Shown here piece after piece: positions 17,363 through 27,145 of a stretch of 64,000 nucleotides of DNA (the first letter of the stretch is position 1; each line of letters opens with the position of its first letter). Both the position numbers and the translations under genes were made by a program. A model generated the notes under the pieces. It searched no databases and was not told the DNA's origin. It saw nothing but the letters and a program-made list of their open reading frames with translations. This DNA is from a virus: the IMG/VR virus record IMGVR_UViG_3300021600_000005, positions 26,169 to 90,168 of that record. One strand, written 5' to 3'.

Positions 17363-17863
17363 ATGAAAAAAAATATTTTTAATATAGTTGAACTTCGTAA
17401 AACTGTGAGAAAACACATTTTAGAACAAATAGAAAATAAAGAAGAAACAAAACAAAGATGTTTAACTTCTAATGTAATAGCTTTAGATAATATTGTAGGT
17501 CCTTCAAAAATTTTTACAAACTATAATTCAAACACATTGAAAAGAAATGGTGGTATTCATGGTATGGTGGACACTTTGGATTTATTAAAAACATTAAGAT
17601 TACATCCACATATTTCAGATTCCGGTGAACATTTAGCGTACGATTTAATGAATCATTTAAATACGTTTAGAAATAAACATTATTTAGATGAAACAAATTC
17701 TCAATGTCAAAAAGCAATGGATAAAGTTATTGAACTTTATAAAGAAAATGAACATGGTGAAGATTTAGTTAAAGATATCGAAAAAGTTTTATCCCACGCC
17801 CATCCAAGCCCTAGAGCTAAGGAATACTTAAAAAGGTGTATAATTTTAGTTAAAGAAAAATAG
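17363..17863 (+). CDS. Hypothetical protein
   Basis: Clean ORF with TATTTAT upstream. Confidence 0.7.
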   Translation: MKKNIFNIVELRKTVRKHILEQIENKEETKQRCLTSNVIALDNIVGPSKIFTNYNSNTLKRNGGIHGMVDTLDLLKTLRLHPHISDSGEHLAYDLMNHLNTFRNKHYLDETNSQCQKAMDKVIELYKENEHGEDLVKDIEKVLSHAHPSPRAKEYLKRCIILVKEK

Positions 17864-17909
17864 TCCCCTTTAATAAAGGGTTTAGGACCGTTATCGTTAT
17901 GGTAACAAA

Positions 17910-17941
17910 AAAGGGGAAAGCTCGCTACTGTCCCCTTTTTA
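17910..17941. terminator. Intrinsic terminator
   Basis: AAAGGGGA...TCCCCTTTTT. Confidence 0.65.
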
Positions 17942-17944
17942 AAT

Positions 17945-18130
17945 TTAGTCATCATTATTACTAATAACTATTTGTAACCAAATATCGAACGTTAAAAATA
18001 ATATCCACCAATTATTTTTTTGTTGGGTCATTTCATACGGACTATTATATGAGGTAATTAAAAATCTAAAAACCAAAATAAAAATAATGATTCGAACTAT
18101 AGTTAAGATTATTTTAAAAAAAATTTTCAT
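17945..18130 (-). CDS. Small two-TM protein
   Basis: Two hydrophobic segments. Confidence 0.5.
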   Translation of the reverse strand: MKIFFKIILTIVRIIIFILVFRFLITSYNSPYEMTQQKNNWWILFLTFDIWLQIVISNNDD

Positions 18131-18160
18131 GTTAATTAATTATAGGTATATTTATGAATA

Positions 18161-19132
18161 ATGACAAATAATTTTAATAATTTAATTCGTAAAGCAGTAA
18201 AAGAATATGTAAACCCCTCTATGTCATTATGTGAAAATGTAAAAATATCAAAAGATTTAAAATACCATTTAGATAATAAAATTACTTTAAGTGAAAATAT
18301 ATTTAGGGGGGGTTCTAAAAATTTTTTTAATTTAATTAAGGAAGTAAGAAGTTTATATAATAAAAATTTAATTAAATTAAATGATGACGATTGTTGGATT
18401 GTTGAATCTGATTTAAATAAAAACGTTATTTTAGAAAATGAGAACTTATTTAGAGTGTATGATAACAGCGCAGGAGTAAGAGTTAATGGTAATGATATAG
18501 ATTTGAGTTATTTTGAAAATATAAAAAAAATTTTACAAAAATTAATTAATAGGGAATTAATACCTAAATTAATAGAACAAAATAAAGTTTATGATGATTT
18601 TACGGACCTACAAATAAACATTAAAAAAATTTTGGTGGCTAAAAACCAGGATATGAATAGAAATTTGATTGTTATTGATATCATTCCGTGGTCTAATATT
18701 ACTTGGGGTAGAGTTATATCTGGAGTATGGGAATTATTAGAAATCCTTGGGATTTCAAAACATGATTTTGTAGTTGAATATCTTAAACCTACTCACAATC
18801 GAATAAGTAGATTATCTGATTATTATGCCGAAGAATATATAGTTGTTGAAAATAAACAATCTTTACCATTTAGTGAAGAAATTAAAGACGGTAAAAAAAT
18901 AAGAACATTTTTAGAAAATGTTAGTTTTGAAGAATTAAAATGGCGTTTTGATAATGAAGATAGAATTATACGACCTTTAAATGAAACTAACTGGCAATAC
19001 CAATCAGATAACAAATTGCCAATTTTATTAGAAAATAATAAAACTATATATATTCCAAAAGGAAAGTATCATAGACTTATTAAAGGTTCTGGAGAACTAA
19101 AAGTTGAAATTTCAACTAAAGGAACATATTAA
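18161..19132 (+). CDS. Hypothetical protein with C-terminal cupin-like domain
   Basis: C-terminal W..D.EDR...IYIPKGKYHRLIKG. Confidence 0.6.
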   Translation: MTNNFNNLIRKAVKEYVNPSMSLCENVKISKDLKYHLDNKITLSENIFRGGSKNFFNLIKEVRSLYNKNLIKLNDDDCWIVESDLNKNVILENENLFRVYDNSAGVRVNGNDIDLSYFENIKKILQKLINRELIPKLIEQNKVYDDFTDLQINIKKILVAKNQDMNRNLIVIDIIPWSNITWGRVISGVWELLEILGISKHDFVVEYLKPTHNRISRLSDYYAEEYIVVENKQSLPFSEEIKDGKKIRTFLENVSFEELKWRFDNEDRIIRPLNETNWQYQSDNKLPILLENNKTIYIPKGKYHRLIKGSGELKVEISTKGTY

Positions 19133-19281
19133 AAATATTCATAGATTTAATCCAAAGGTTAACAATTTTAATGTAACACCAATTATACGCATCGAAAAGT
19201 TTTTCTTTCATATTTACTATTTATAAGTAATTATAATTATGTTGTTAAAAAGAAATTTAATCAACATAAAAAAGAAATAAT

Positions 19282-19875
19282 ATGGATTTAAATAATAAAA
19301 TAAACATTACCGAATCTAAAATGTTGAGAGTCCCTATAAGGACAATTGTTAAAGACATTGTTGAAATTTTAAAACTTAAAAAAGTAGGGACTTTTAATTT
19401 ACCGTCAGATAGTTTTTATAGTTTTCAAAATTCAATGAGTGATTTTTCAGTAGAATTATATTTAAAAAAGAAAAAAAAATTACCGTTACCAATTATTACC
19501 GGTAATTACATTCATGAAGAGGACGTTATTGAAATTATTATATTTTATAATCCTGAAACAATTGAAAAAAATTTATACTTTGTAATTGGCGAATTAAATG
19601 ACATATTGGCTCATGAATTAACTCATATGAAGCAAGGATATAAAGGAGAATTACCTTCAGTTGAGCCAAATTTAACTCCGTTTGAGTACTATACACAAAA
19701 ACATGAGATTGAATCCCAAGTTGAGGGGTTTAAAAGGGTGTCCAAATTAACAAATAAAAATTTTGAAGATGTTGCAACACAATGGTTTGAGACTCATAGA
19801 GACATTCATCATTTAACAAAAAAAGAAGAGACGATAATTATAAATAAATTAATTGATTTTAAAAATGGAAATTGA
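19282..19875 (+). CDS. Zincin-like metallopeptidase-motif protein
   Basis: LAHELTHMKQ...HEIES. Confidence 0.65.
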   Translation: MDLNNKINITESKMLRVPIRTIVKDIVEILKLKKVGTFNLPSDSFYSFQNSMSDFSVELYLKKKKKLPLPIITGNYIHEEDVIEIIIFYNPETIEKNLYFVIGELNDILAHELTHMKQGYKGELPSVEPNLTPFEYYTQKHEIESQVEGFKRVSKLTNKNFEDVATQWFETHRDIHHLTKKEETIIINKLIDFKNGN

Positions 19876-20254
19876 ACAAGTAAATAAAAAATTAGAAATT
19901 CTTAAATATTTGTTTTGGTCATATACTCAAACAAAAAGTGAAGAATATGAGATTGATATTGAAACAAGTTACAATCCAGATAGTACAAATAATCTTTTTA
20001 ATTTTGAGGAGCTTTCGTGGAACATAAGAGTTACACTTATGTGTCCTCCAGAAATAACCAGAATAAGTTATAAATTAAAGAACGCCGAAAATATAATAGA
20101 AAGTTTTTTTAAAAAATATTCGTTTGATTCAAATAATCTTAAAATTTTAAATAGTCCTAGTGAAATGTACCCTATAATTTGTGAAAATTTAAATTATGAA
20201 TTTGGTGATGAAACTTTAAAATTTAATTTAAATTTTTTTATTAGTTGTAAATAA
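19866..20254 (+). CDS. Hypothetical protein
   Basis: Clean ORF; start approximate (MEIEQ). Confidence 0.55.
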
Positions 20255-20269
20255 TAATTTAAACTTTTT

Positions 20270-20902
20270 TTACTTATCGGAAAACTTTTTAAAAATTGTT
20301 TTTATTAAACTTTCAATAGTTGAGCTAGACGCGGTAATAAATCCATAAGATGCTAGTCTAATACCAATTTCAGTTATTTGTTTTTCATTTAAACTACCCG
20401 ATGTTGCAATATTAAATATAATTTCTAAAATTGGGATTATAAAAGTATAACTTAACATGTTTATTACTTTATGTATTGTAACTCCTAACCCGCTTAAAAA
20501 ATTTATAAATGTTGTTTTAAGTTCGTCGCTTTTTTCAAGAGAGATTTTAAATTGAGTTAATAAATTTTCAGATTTTATTTTTTCAAAAATTTTTAATAAA
20601 ATATCTTTATTATCTACATAATACGTACATATAATTGCAGTAACAATTAAACTTACATTTAAAGAAGATAATTCTGGAAATTTACCTTCAACAAAATCAG
20701 AAACAGGTTGAAAAAAACCCCCTATACCTGCACCCCAAGTAAATAAAAATTTAAAATCAAGTCCTGTTTGAGTTTCGGCTTTTTTTAAAATATTTTTAGC
20801 AAAACTATACTCGCGTTCAATTGAATCACCAAGTTTTTTACTTACATTTTCAATTAAAATTTTATTTTTTTGACTTTCGTTAATTAAAATTAATATTGAC
20901 AT
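20270..20902 (-). CDS. Hypothetical membrane protein
   Basis: Several hydrophobic helices; ILINESQ N-terminal motif. Confidence 0.65.
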   Translation of the reverse strand: MSILILINESQKNKILIENVSKKLGDSIEREYSFAKNILKKAETQTGLDFKFLFTWGAGIGGFFQPVSDFVEGKFPELSSLNVSLIVTAIICTYYVDNKDILLKIFEKIKSENLLTQFKISLEKSDELKTTFINFLSGLGVTIHKVINMLSYTFIIPILEIIFNIATSGSLNEKQITEIGIRLASYGFITASSSTIESLIKTIFKKFSDK

Positions 20903-20946
20903 ACAATAATAAATACTTCAAACATATTTATTTAAAAATAATTTTT

Positions 20947-21180
20947 ATGAATCCAGAATTAAATATAGGTGATAATGTAAGATGTCTTTATATGCCAGAT
21001 GAGCATAGTTCAGTACCCCCAGGTACTTTTGGCATTGTTAAAGGTGTTCATGTAATACTTGGAGTTAAACAATACGATGTAATCTGGGAAAATGGGTCTA
21101 AATTGGCGTTATTATCAGATGCTGATATCTGGGATAAAGGTGAAAGAACAAAAAAACACACAAATGAAAAATATAAATAA
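20947..21180 (+). CDS. Hypothetical SH3-like small protein (GTFGIV...WENGSKLAL...D.W)
   Basis: Start taken at MNPEL; motif pattern resembles DUF4314-like proteins. Confidence 0.6.
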   Translation: MNPELNIGDNVRCLYMPDEHSSVPPGTFGIVKGVHVILGVKQYDVIWENGSKLALLSDADIWDKGERTKKHTNEKYK

Positions 21181-21260
21181 CTATTTGAAAAAATGGTCAC
21201 GTAAAGTATTACTAACTTACGTAAATTTATTTTTTTAATATATTTATAATAAAATTAATT

Positions 21261-21851
21261 ATGAGCGCATACTTTTTTAAAATGACAAATGAGGAGAAAC
21301 AAAATATCCTTGACAAACATAAAACGGTTTATGATGGGTTTGTTACCAATTATATTAAACCTAAACAACAAGAACTATATGTTCAAGATTTTGCCAACGA
21401 TAAAGAAGGTATAACTATTAATAACAAAGGTGTTGTTACAAATTATAAAAATATGGGGATTAATGAAGGGATGGTTGAAAATGAAGAAAACGATTCTTAC
21501 ATGGTAAGTGTTGGAGAACAAATCGATATGATTGGCGACGGAGAAAATGATTTGAAACACGGCACAGTTGGCGATGACATCATGGACCCTGAGTTATTTA
21601 ACGATAATATAGAACAATGTGAACATTGTGGCGGTCTTGGCTATCATGAAGACACTGATGAGGAATGTGAAGAATGTGATGGAACTGGATTTTATGATAA
21701 ATTATATAATCTTAAGGATGAAGATTCATTAAATATGGATTTTCCTTATAGTGACGATATTAAATTAGATGTTGAAGAGGAATTACAAGAACCTTTAATG
21801 GAACAATTAGATAAAACATTAGATATGTTTAAAAGATTTAAAAATTACTAG
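21261..21851 (+). CDS. Acidic protein with a DnaJ-type CxxCxGxG zinc-finger pair
   Basis: CEHCGGLG and CEECDGTG. Confidence 0.7.
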   Translation: MSAYFFKMTNEEKQNILDKHKTVYDGFVTNYIKPKQQELYVQDFANDKEGITINNKGVVTNYKNMGINEGMVENEENDSYMVSVGEQIDMIGDGENDLKHGTVGDDIMDPELFNDNIEQCEHCGGLGYHEDTDEECEECDGTGFYDKLYNLKDEDSLNMDFPYSDDIKLDVEEELQEPLMEQLDKTLDMFKRFKNY

Positions 21852-21853
21852 TA

Positions 21854-22183
21854 ATGCAAATTAAAGATTTGGTGTCTTATTATATTAATGATTCAACTAA
21901 AACTATTGAAGTTGGATTTAAATTAGAAAACGACCTTGATGATGAAATTAGGGAAGATATTATTGAGTTACAAGAATGTGAAAATTTTGGTTATAAATTC
22001 ATTAAAAATAATATATCTGAAATAAAAGACCTTTATGATGAGGAATTCTTTGATGAGGATGATGAATTTTTTGAAGACGATGATGAAAATAATAGTGAAT
22101 TCAATAATCAAGAAGTCGCATCATTTTTAAATGAATATTATTTAATCTACCCTGACAAAATGCCTAAACCTGAATTATTTTAA
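21854..22183 (+). CDS. Acidic hypothetical protein
   Basis: Clean ORF in the operon. Confidence 0.7.
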   Translation: MQIKDLVSYYINDSTKTIEVGFKLENDLDDEIREDIIELQECENFGYKFIKNNISEIKDLYDEEFFDEDDEFFEDDDENNSEFNNQEVASFLNEYYLIYPDKMPKPELF

Positions 22184-22184
22184 T

Positions 22185-22421
22185 ATGAGCCTTAATATAG
22201 ACGAACTAATAAAATTAATGAAGAGATTTACCCCAAACGAAAATTTCAACGAATTTAATGAACAAGATTCTGCTGGGCAAACAACGGCTAGTAGTGAAAA
22301 ACCTGAATACCCGACAGTTACAAAATGGGCAACAGGAAGAAAATTTGGACCAACATATAACCCAGAACAAAAAACTTGGGCTTCAGGTGTTGTTAGAAGT
22401 AAAGCTAATACTTTACTATAA
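22185..22421 (+). CDS. Hypothetical protein
   Basis: Clean ORF with a duplicated KW..G motif. Confidence 0.65.
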   Translation: MSLNIDELIKLMKRFTPNENFNEFNEQDSAGQTTASSEKPEYPTVTKWATGRKFGPTYNPEQKTWASGVVRSKANTLL

Positions 22422-22528
22422 AAAAATTAAAATGAAAACGTTAAATAAAATGTTATCATAAAGATACTTTTTTGGGTAATAACCAATAAAGTTAAACCAT
22501 CTAAAAGAAAGGGGTGTTTAATATCTAG

Positions 22529-22562
22529 CAAAAAGGTGTCCAAAAGACATCTTTTTGTCTTT
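22529..22562 (+). terminator. Intrinsic terminator
   Basis: CAAAAAGGTGTC-caaaa-GACATCTTTTTG. Confidence 0.65.
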
Positions 22563-22613
22563 TATAACGTTTGGTTTAGTGATTATAAATGATTATTATT
22601 TAGTAATTAAATT

Positions 22614-22685
22614 GCCCCCGTAGGTAAAGGGATATACCAAAAATTTTCTAAATTTTCGTTTCTGGTTCGAGTCCAGACGGGGGTA
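22614..22685 (+). tRNA. tRNA-Arg(UCU)
   Basis: Acceptor GCCCCCG/CGGGGGT, anticodon arm AAAAT-TTTCTAA-ATTTT, T arm TCTGG-TTCGAGT-CCAGA. Confidence 0.88.
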
Positions 22686-22707
22686 CAAAAAATAAGTTTA
22701 AAATAAA

Positions 22708-22739
22708 TTTGGTGGTTTTAAATAAAATGACTAAATTTG
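22708..22739 (+). promoter_or_regulatory. Bacteroidota-type promoter
   Basis: TTTG-N20-TAAATTTG. Confidence 0.7.
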
Positions 22740-22744
22740 TATTG

Positions 22745-22835
22745 TGGTTGAGAAATCAACATAATTGAGACCGAATTAACTCAATTAGGGGTGAAAAAGA
22801 AAACGATTTAGATACTAAGTTCTCCCCCACATTTT
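22745..22835 (+). ncRNA. Candidate small RNA with three hairpins
   Basis: GTTGA-gaaa-TCAAC, TAATTGAG...CTCAATTA, GGGG...CCCC then a T tract; promoter upstream and no ORF. Confidence 0.45.
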
Positions 22836-23249
22836 TTAAATTTCAATAACATATTGATTTTCTGAGGTTCTAAATTGTAAATCTTCAGATTCCCTAAAAA
22901 CAGTAATTACAAATAAGGACCAATAATATCCAATATTATGAACTGGATTTATTGCCACGGCCAATTCTTTTTCTTTAGATTTAATGATAAAACGAGTTTG
23001 GTCTTTTATTAACCCGGTTAAAATACCTTCAGAGATTTGTTTTTTAGCCGCCTCAATAAAGTATTTAATTTCGCCATTTGTTATTTCTTTATCGTTATAG
23101 TCGTTAATGTCATCCCTTGTACTTCTTATAAATGCGTGTCTAGTCCTATGAATTTCAAACACAAAAGTTATTTCAGAAGTAGAAACAAATTGTCCTATTT
23201 TTTTTTCTAGTAATAATGATTGAGTACTAACGATATATTGAGCGTTCAT
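22836..23249 (-). CDS. Hypothetical protein
   Basis: Clean ORF. Confidence 0.6.
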   Translation of the reverse strand: MNAQYIVSTQSLLLEKKIGQFVSTSEITFVFEIHRTRHAFIRSTRDDINDYNDKEITNGEIKYFIEAAKKQISEGILTGLIKDQTRFIIKSKEKELAVAINPVHNIGYYWSLFVITVFRESEDLQFRTSENQYVIEI

Positions 23250-23305
23250 TATCTTAAATACTTTAAAAAATAAATTTGGTTAATTAAAAAAAAGTTTGTA
23301 ATTTT

Positions 23306-23602
23306 ATGGTTATGAATAATATCGGATTAATAGGCAGTTTATTTTTAACGTTCTGTGCTGTACCAGAACTCATTAGAACGATTAAAAACAAAAAGTGTCA
23401 CTTAGGGTGGGGTTTTCTTTTAATGTGGTTATTTGGGGAAGTATTTTGTTTTTTCTACGGGTTTCAATTAAATGAAATTCCCTTAATCATCAATTATACA
23501 TTTAATTTGTTAGTTGTGTCTTTAATGATGTTTTTTAAAATTAAAGAAAATTTGATTTATATAAAAAATATAATTATGTTTTCTACTCATAATAAAAATT
23601 AA
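23306..23602 (+). CDS. PQ-loop/SemiSWEET-like three-TM protein
   Basis: IGLIG...AVPELIRTIK.K, three TM helices, PLIINY. Confidence 0.75.
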   Translation: MVMNNIGLIGSLFLTFCAVPELIRTIKNKKCHLGWGFLLMWLFGEVFCFFYGFQLNEIPLIINYTFNLLVVSLMMFFKIKENLIYIKNIIMFSTHNKN

Positions 23603-23613
23603 AAAAAAACAAC

Positions 23614-23844
23614 ATGCAGACCCTTATTTTTGATACCACAAAAAAACAAGCAATTTTATTAAATGGAGCTAGAAGTTCTTCAACAGTTATCGAATCTTTT
23701 AACGATGTTTCAACAGTTAAAGTAAATGTTGCTCACTATGAAGTAATGCAAAAGATAGGTGAGGAATCAGATTGGCAAGACCGAAGTGCGATTCCTGTTA
23801 TGAGAGTACCAATTTCTAACACAAATATGATAATTTTAAAATAA
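23614..23844 (+). CDS. Hypothetical protein
   Basis: Clean ORF. Confidence 0.65.
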   Translation: MQTLIFDTTKKQAILLNGARSSSTVIESFNDVSTVKVNVAHYEVMQKIGEESDWQDRSAIPVMRVPISNTNMIILK

Positions 23845-23851
23845 CAATAAT

Positions 23852-24100
23852 ATGAAACATATCTTAAAACAAAATGAAAACGGAGACTTTATAATCATAG
23901 AGGAAAGTTTTGCCGAGCAACCAGATTTTTTATACACTACTTCATTAGAACATAAAGAAATTTGGAATAAAAATTTTATGAAAGATGTTGATGTATTTAA
24001 GGGGGTTAGTCTTATATTGGACAATGACTTTAGTTTAACTGAAACACAAATTGATGATGAGACATATCAAGTCATTGCTAATCCAATAATTAAATCGTAA
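23852..24100 (+). CDS. Hypothetical protein
   Basis: Clean ORF. Confidence 0.6.
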   Translation: MKHILKQNENGDFIIIEESFAEQPDFLYTTSLEHKEIWNKNFMKDVDVFKGVSLILDNDFSLTETQIDDETYQVIANPIIKS

Positions 24101-24182
24101 ATAAAATGATAAATAATTATAATTGGGTTTCAACAACCACGTTTGAAGGTGTTAATTTTACTTATCATATAATTTGAAAATT

Positions 24183-24515
24183 ATGAGCGGAGGTCATTTT
24201 GAATATAAACAACATTTTATCCAAGAAATTTACAATGAAATTGACTTTATTGTGGAAAAAAACGGTAAAGAAAAAACTCCGGAAGAAATAAATGAAGAAT
24301 GGGGGGATTCTAACTGGTATGAAAATTCAAATGAAGGTAAATTTTATCGGAAATTTCCAGTAGAAATTATTAATGAATTTAAAAACGCCCAAAAAATCTT
24401 AAAACTAGCCGAAATTTATACCACCCGAATTGATTGGTTATTATCGGGGGATGATAATGAATCTGATTTTTTAACTAGATTAAAAAAACAGATTAACGAA
24501 CCACCAAAAATTTAA
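24183..24515 (+). CDS. Hypothetical phage protein (MSGGHFEY...RIDWLLSGDD)
   Basis: Recognisable motif pattern; start at the ATG of MSGG. Confidence 0.7.
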   Translation: MSGGHFEYKQHFIQEIYNEIDFIVEKNGKEKTPEEINEEWGDSNWYENSNEGKFYRKFPVEIINEFKNAQKILKLAEIYTTRIDWLLSGDDNESDFLTRLKKQINEPPKI

Positions 24516-24524
24516 AAAAATAAA

Positions 24525-24556
24525 TTTGGCAGTTCGGAATTAAATTTATATATTTG
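24525..24556 (+). promoter_or_regulatory. Bacteroidota-type promoter
   Basis: TTTG-N20-TATATTTG. Confidence 0.75.
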
Positions 24557-24576
24557 TATCCTAAACTATATAAATT

Positions 24577-25317
24577 ATGACACAAGATACAATCACAAAA
24601 ATTACAAATTATCAAGGAAATAACTCATTTTTAATTAAAATGAAAGAATCCTTTCAGAAATACGGAAACTTAACTCCAAATCAACTAACCGCAGTTGAAA
24701 ATATCTTAGGTAAACCGACTCCAAAATCATTTGAGGAATTACCTGAAGAAGTGAAGGAAATCGCCTTATATAACGGTAATAATAAATTCTTAATTGATAT
24801 TAAAACCAAGTTAATTGAGAAACGTTCTTTAACTGAAAAACAAATTGAAGTGGCAATTAAACAAAATCGCCAGGAAAAAGACAAAAACAGAAAAGTGAAG
24901 ATGAAAGTTCCAACCATTGGGGAAACTATTAAAATTGGTCGTAAAGTTGGAACCGGTCTTAAAGAAAAATATTCTTTAAAATTTAACCCAATTTTAATTG
25001 ATATTACTAAAGTTCTTGCCTTAACTCCAAAATCAGTTTTATTCTCTGGTAAAATGACCATAAAACGTGGTGATGTTTGTATGATTTGTGCAAAAACATT
25101 AACTGACGAATTTTCAATGTTAACTCGTATGGGTAAAACATGTGCTAAACATCTTAAAGTAGAATATATTACCGATTCATCACAAGCAGAAAGATTCCGT
25201 AACGAATATTTAAAAAAAGTGAATGAAATTGGAGAAATGGAATTTTGGGTACCGATTTCACAAATTGTAAAATGGGATGGTGACTCTAAAGTTATTTTAG
25301 ATATTGTTCACGTTTAA
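24577..25317 (+). CDS. Hypothetical protein with duplicated N-terminal module and DUF6011-like zinc finger
   Basis: Y.GNN.FLI...LT..Q occurs twice; CMICAKTLTD..S....GKTCAKH. Confidence 0.7.
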   Translation: MTQDTITKITNYQGNNSFLIKMKESFQKYGNLTPNQLTAVENILGKPTPKSFEELPEEVKEIALYNGNNKFLIDIKTKLIEKRSLTEKQIEVAIKQNRQEKDKNRKVKMKVPTIGETIKIGRKVGTGLKEKYSLKFNPILIDITKVLALTPKSVLFSGKMTIKRGDVCMICAKTLTDEFSMLTRMGKTCAKHLKVEYITDSSQAERFRNEYLKKVNEIGEMEFWVPISQIVKWDGDSKVILDIVHV

Positions 25318-25329
25318 TTTTTATAAAAT

Positions 25330-25400
25330 AGTCAGGTGGCGGAATGGTAGACGCAGGTATCTCAAGATATGATTACAAGGTTCGATTCCTGTTCTGATTA
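25330..25400 (+). tRNA. tRNA-like element (Leu-type D arm, aberrant anticodon arm containing CAA)
   Basis: Acceptor AGTCAGG/TCTGATT, D arm GCG-GAATGGTAGA-CGC, GGTTCGATTCC T loop; the anticodon stem closes only a 4-nt loop; no long variable arm. Confidence 0.6.
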
Positions 25401-25401
25401 C

Positions 25402-25620
25402 ACAAGTCGAGTTGTGTTCGACTAATGTGCTCCCGCATGATAGAAGTGGTGTCACAACCACAGGGACCTGGGCTAACACTTGAATCTAAGTTGGTTGGTT
25501 GGTGTACCAGTAACAACAGTAAGTTAACACACAAGTCCTAACCTCCCATTTACGTGGGTTGCCGCTGAAGTCTCAAGAAACTATTCGGTATTAGGGACAG
25601 TCAGAAATGATTGGACGTTT
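25402..25620 (+). ncRNA. Candidate structured ncRNA
   Basis: GC-rich non-coding island with hairpins GTCGA..TCGAC, GTGGT..ACCAC, CCCA..TGGG, CAGTCA-gaaa-TGATTG and GTCCTAA/TTAGGGAC pairing. Confidence 0.5.
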
Positions 25621-25681
25621 ATTTTTTTAAATTGTTAAAAAAAAATTAGTTTTTAATTAATAAAATAGTATCTTTGTTGTT

Positions 25682-25855
25682 ATGGAAGAACAGTTAATAA
25701 GAAAAATAAAAGGTGGGTTAATGGGGATTAAAATGAAAACTAAACAACCTAAAGATGTTGCAGTGTTATTAAATAAGTTAAAACTTGTCAACAAATTAAT
25801 GTATGAAGATTTATTGAACGATTATAAACAAACTTTAAAATCGATTAATTTTTAA
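25682..25855 (+). CDS. 57-aa hypothetical protein (absent from the ORF track)
   Basis: MEEQLIRKIKGGLMGIKMKTK...; TATCTTTG just upstream. Confidence 0.65.
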   Translation: MEEQLIRKIKGGLMGIKMKTKQPKDVAVLLNKLKLVNKLMYEDLLNDYKQTLKSINF

Positions 25856-25906
25856 TTAGACATATCTTTTTTGTAATAAGTTATATTTATTATAAATTAT
25901 AAATTA

Positions 25907-26509
25907 ATGTCAACTCCCGTAATTGTAGCATTTATCACTGGTGTATTAGGTCCTATATTAGTATTATATATTAAAAGCTTTATAGATAAAAAAAACCCAA
26001 ATGATATGGTTAGAGACACTCTTCGTGTTAGTGAACTAGTAACCACAAAAATAGAACAAATTAAAGACGAATTTGATTCGGATAGAGTTTGGATAACTCA
26101 ATTTCATAATGGAGGTTCTTTTTACCCAACAGGTAAATCAATGGCCAAATTTAGTATTATTTATGAAAGCGTTGCTCCCGGAGCAACATCTATACAAAGT
26201 AATTTTCATAATATTCCAGTAAATTTATTTAGTAAATCAATAAATCAGTTATTAGAAAACGATTTAATTGAAGTTCCTGATTATAAAGATGAAGTAATTC
26301 ACACTTTTGGTTTAAGATATGTTGCTCAAGATACTGGTTGTAAATCAGGTTATTTATTCGCTATTAAAACTATTGAAGGAAAATTTATTGGGACTTTAGG
26401 TCTTGATTATACAAAGAAAAAACATAAACTAGACGAAGAGTCTATAATTCAGTTACAAGTACATGCATCTTCTTTAGGTGGGGTACTTATGACTCATTTA
26501 TTAGGATAA
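25907..26509 (+). CDS. N-terminal TM plus GAF-like domain (architecture like T4 holin T)
   Basis: TM at the N-terminus; DRVWITQFHNGG, IYE, FIGTLGLDY. Confidence 0.6.
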   Translation: MSTPVIVAFITGVLGPILVLYIKSFIDKKNPNDMVRDTLRVSELVTTKIEQIKDEFDSDRVWITQFHNGGSFYPTGKSMAKFSIIYESVAPGATSIQSNFHNIPVNLFSKSINQLLENDLIEVPDYKDEVIHTFGLRYVAQDTGCKSGYLFAIKTIEGKFIGTLGLDYTKKKHKLDEESIIQLQVHASSLGGVLMTHLLG

Positions 26510-26521
26510 AAAACAAATAAT

Positions 26522-27091
26522 ATGGATGATATAATAAGTAATATACTAATTGGGGTTAATCCAAAGGTAAAGTCCGGTAGTTTTGGGATTGGTGAGAATA
26601 CCGCAACTTATAATTGTAGTAGTAATGTTGATGTTTCATCACCAGTTGGCGGTAAAATTGAAAAAATAAATGGAACTGAGGTCATTATTGTATCTAATGC
26701 GGGAAATAAGTATACAATTAATGGAGTTTCTACTTCTTTGAGCGTAGGAGCCTCAGTATCTTCAGGGACTTCAATTGGTAAAACAAGTGGTAGACAGATA
26801 ACCTTAAAATCCAGACAAGATTTATCAAGTTTAGAGTCTACAGATGAAAAAAAAGAAAATAATGTTAATAATACTGAAAACTCAGGCGAGTTAGGGTTTA
26901 ATAGTGGTGAAACTCAAAAAATTTGGGATAAAACCGTAGGTAAGATGATTGGCATTTCAAACATACCATATGATGTTGCTTCAAAACGTATAAAAAAGGC
27001 AATTAAAAAGGTAACCTTAAAAAAAGAATCTATTGATATTAAAGATAATGTTTTATCTGAAGAATTAAAAAGAATCAAAAGTTTATTCTAA
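26522..27091 (+). CDS. Degenerate M23/hybrid-motif-like protein
   Basis: VSSPVGGKI...VGASVSSGTSIG without the zinc ligands. Confidence 0.5.
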   Translation: MDDIISNILIGVNPKVKSGSFGIGENTATYNCSSNVDVSSPVGGKIEKINGTEVIIVSNAGNKYTINGVSTSLSVGASVSSGTSIGKTSGRQITLKSRQDLSSLESTDEKKENNVNNTENSGELGFNSGETQKIWDKTVGKMIGISNIPYDVASKRIKKAIKKVTLKKESIDIKDNVLSEELKRIKSLF

Positions 27092-27145
27092 AAAAAATCC
27101 CCATTGTTAAATGAGGAATCAAAAAATCTATGTTTTTTTAAACTC

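Noticed and set aside
22470-22528. Possible riboswitch upstream of the 22529 terminator
   Set aside because: Only a weak hairpin and no recognisable aptamer consensus
22645-22651. Amber suppressor (CUA) reading of the tRNA anticodon
   Set aside because: The only perfect 5-bp stem centres the loop on UCU
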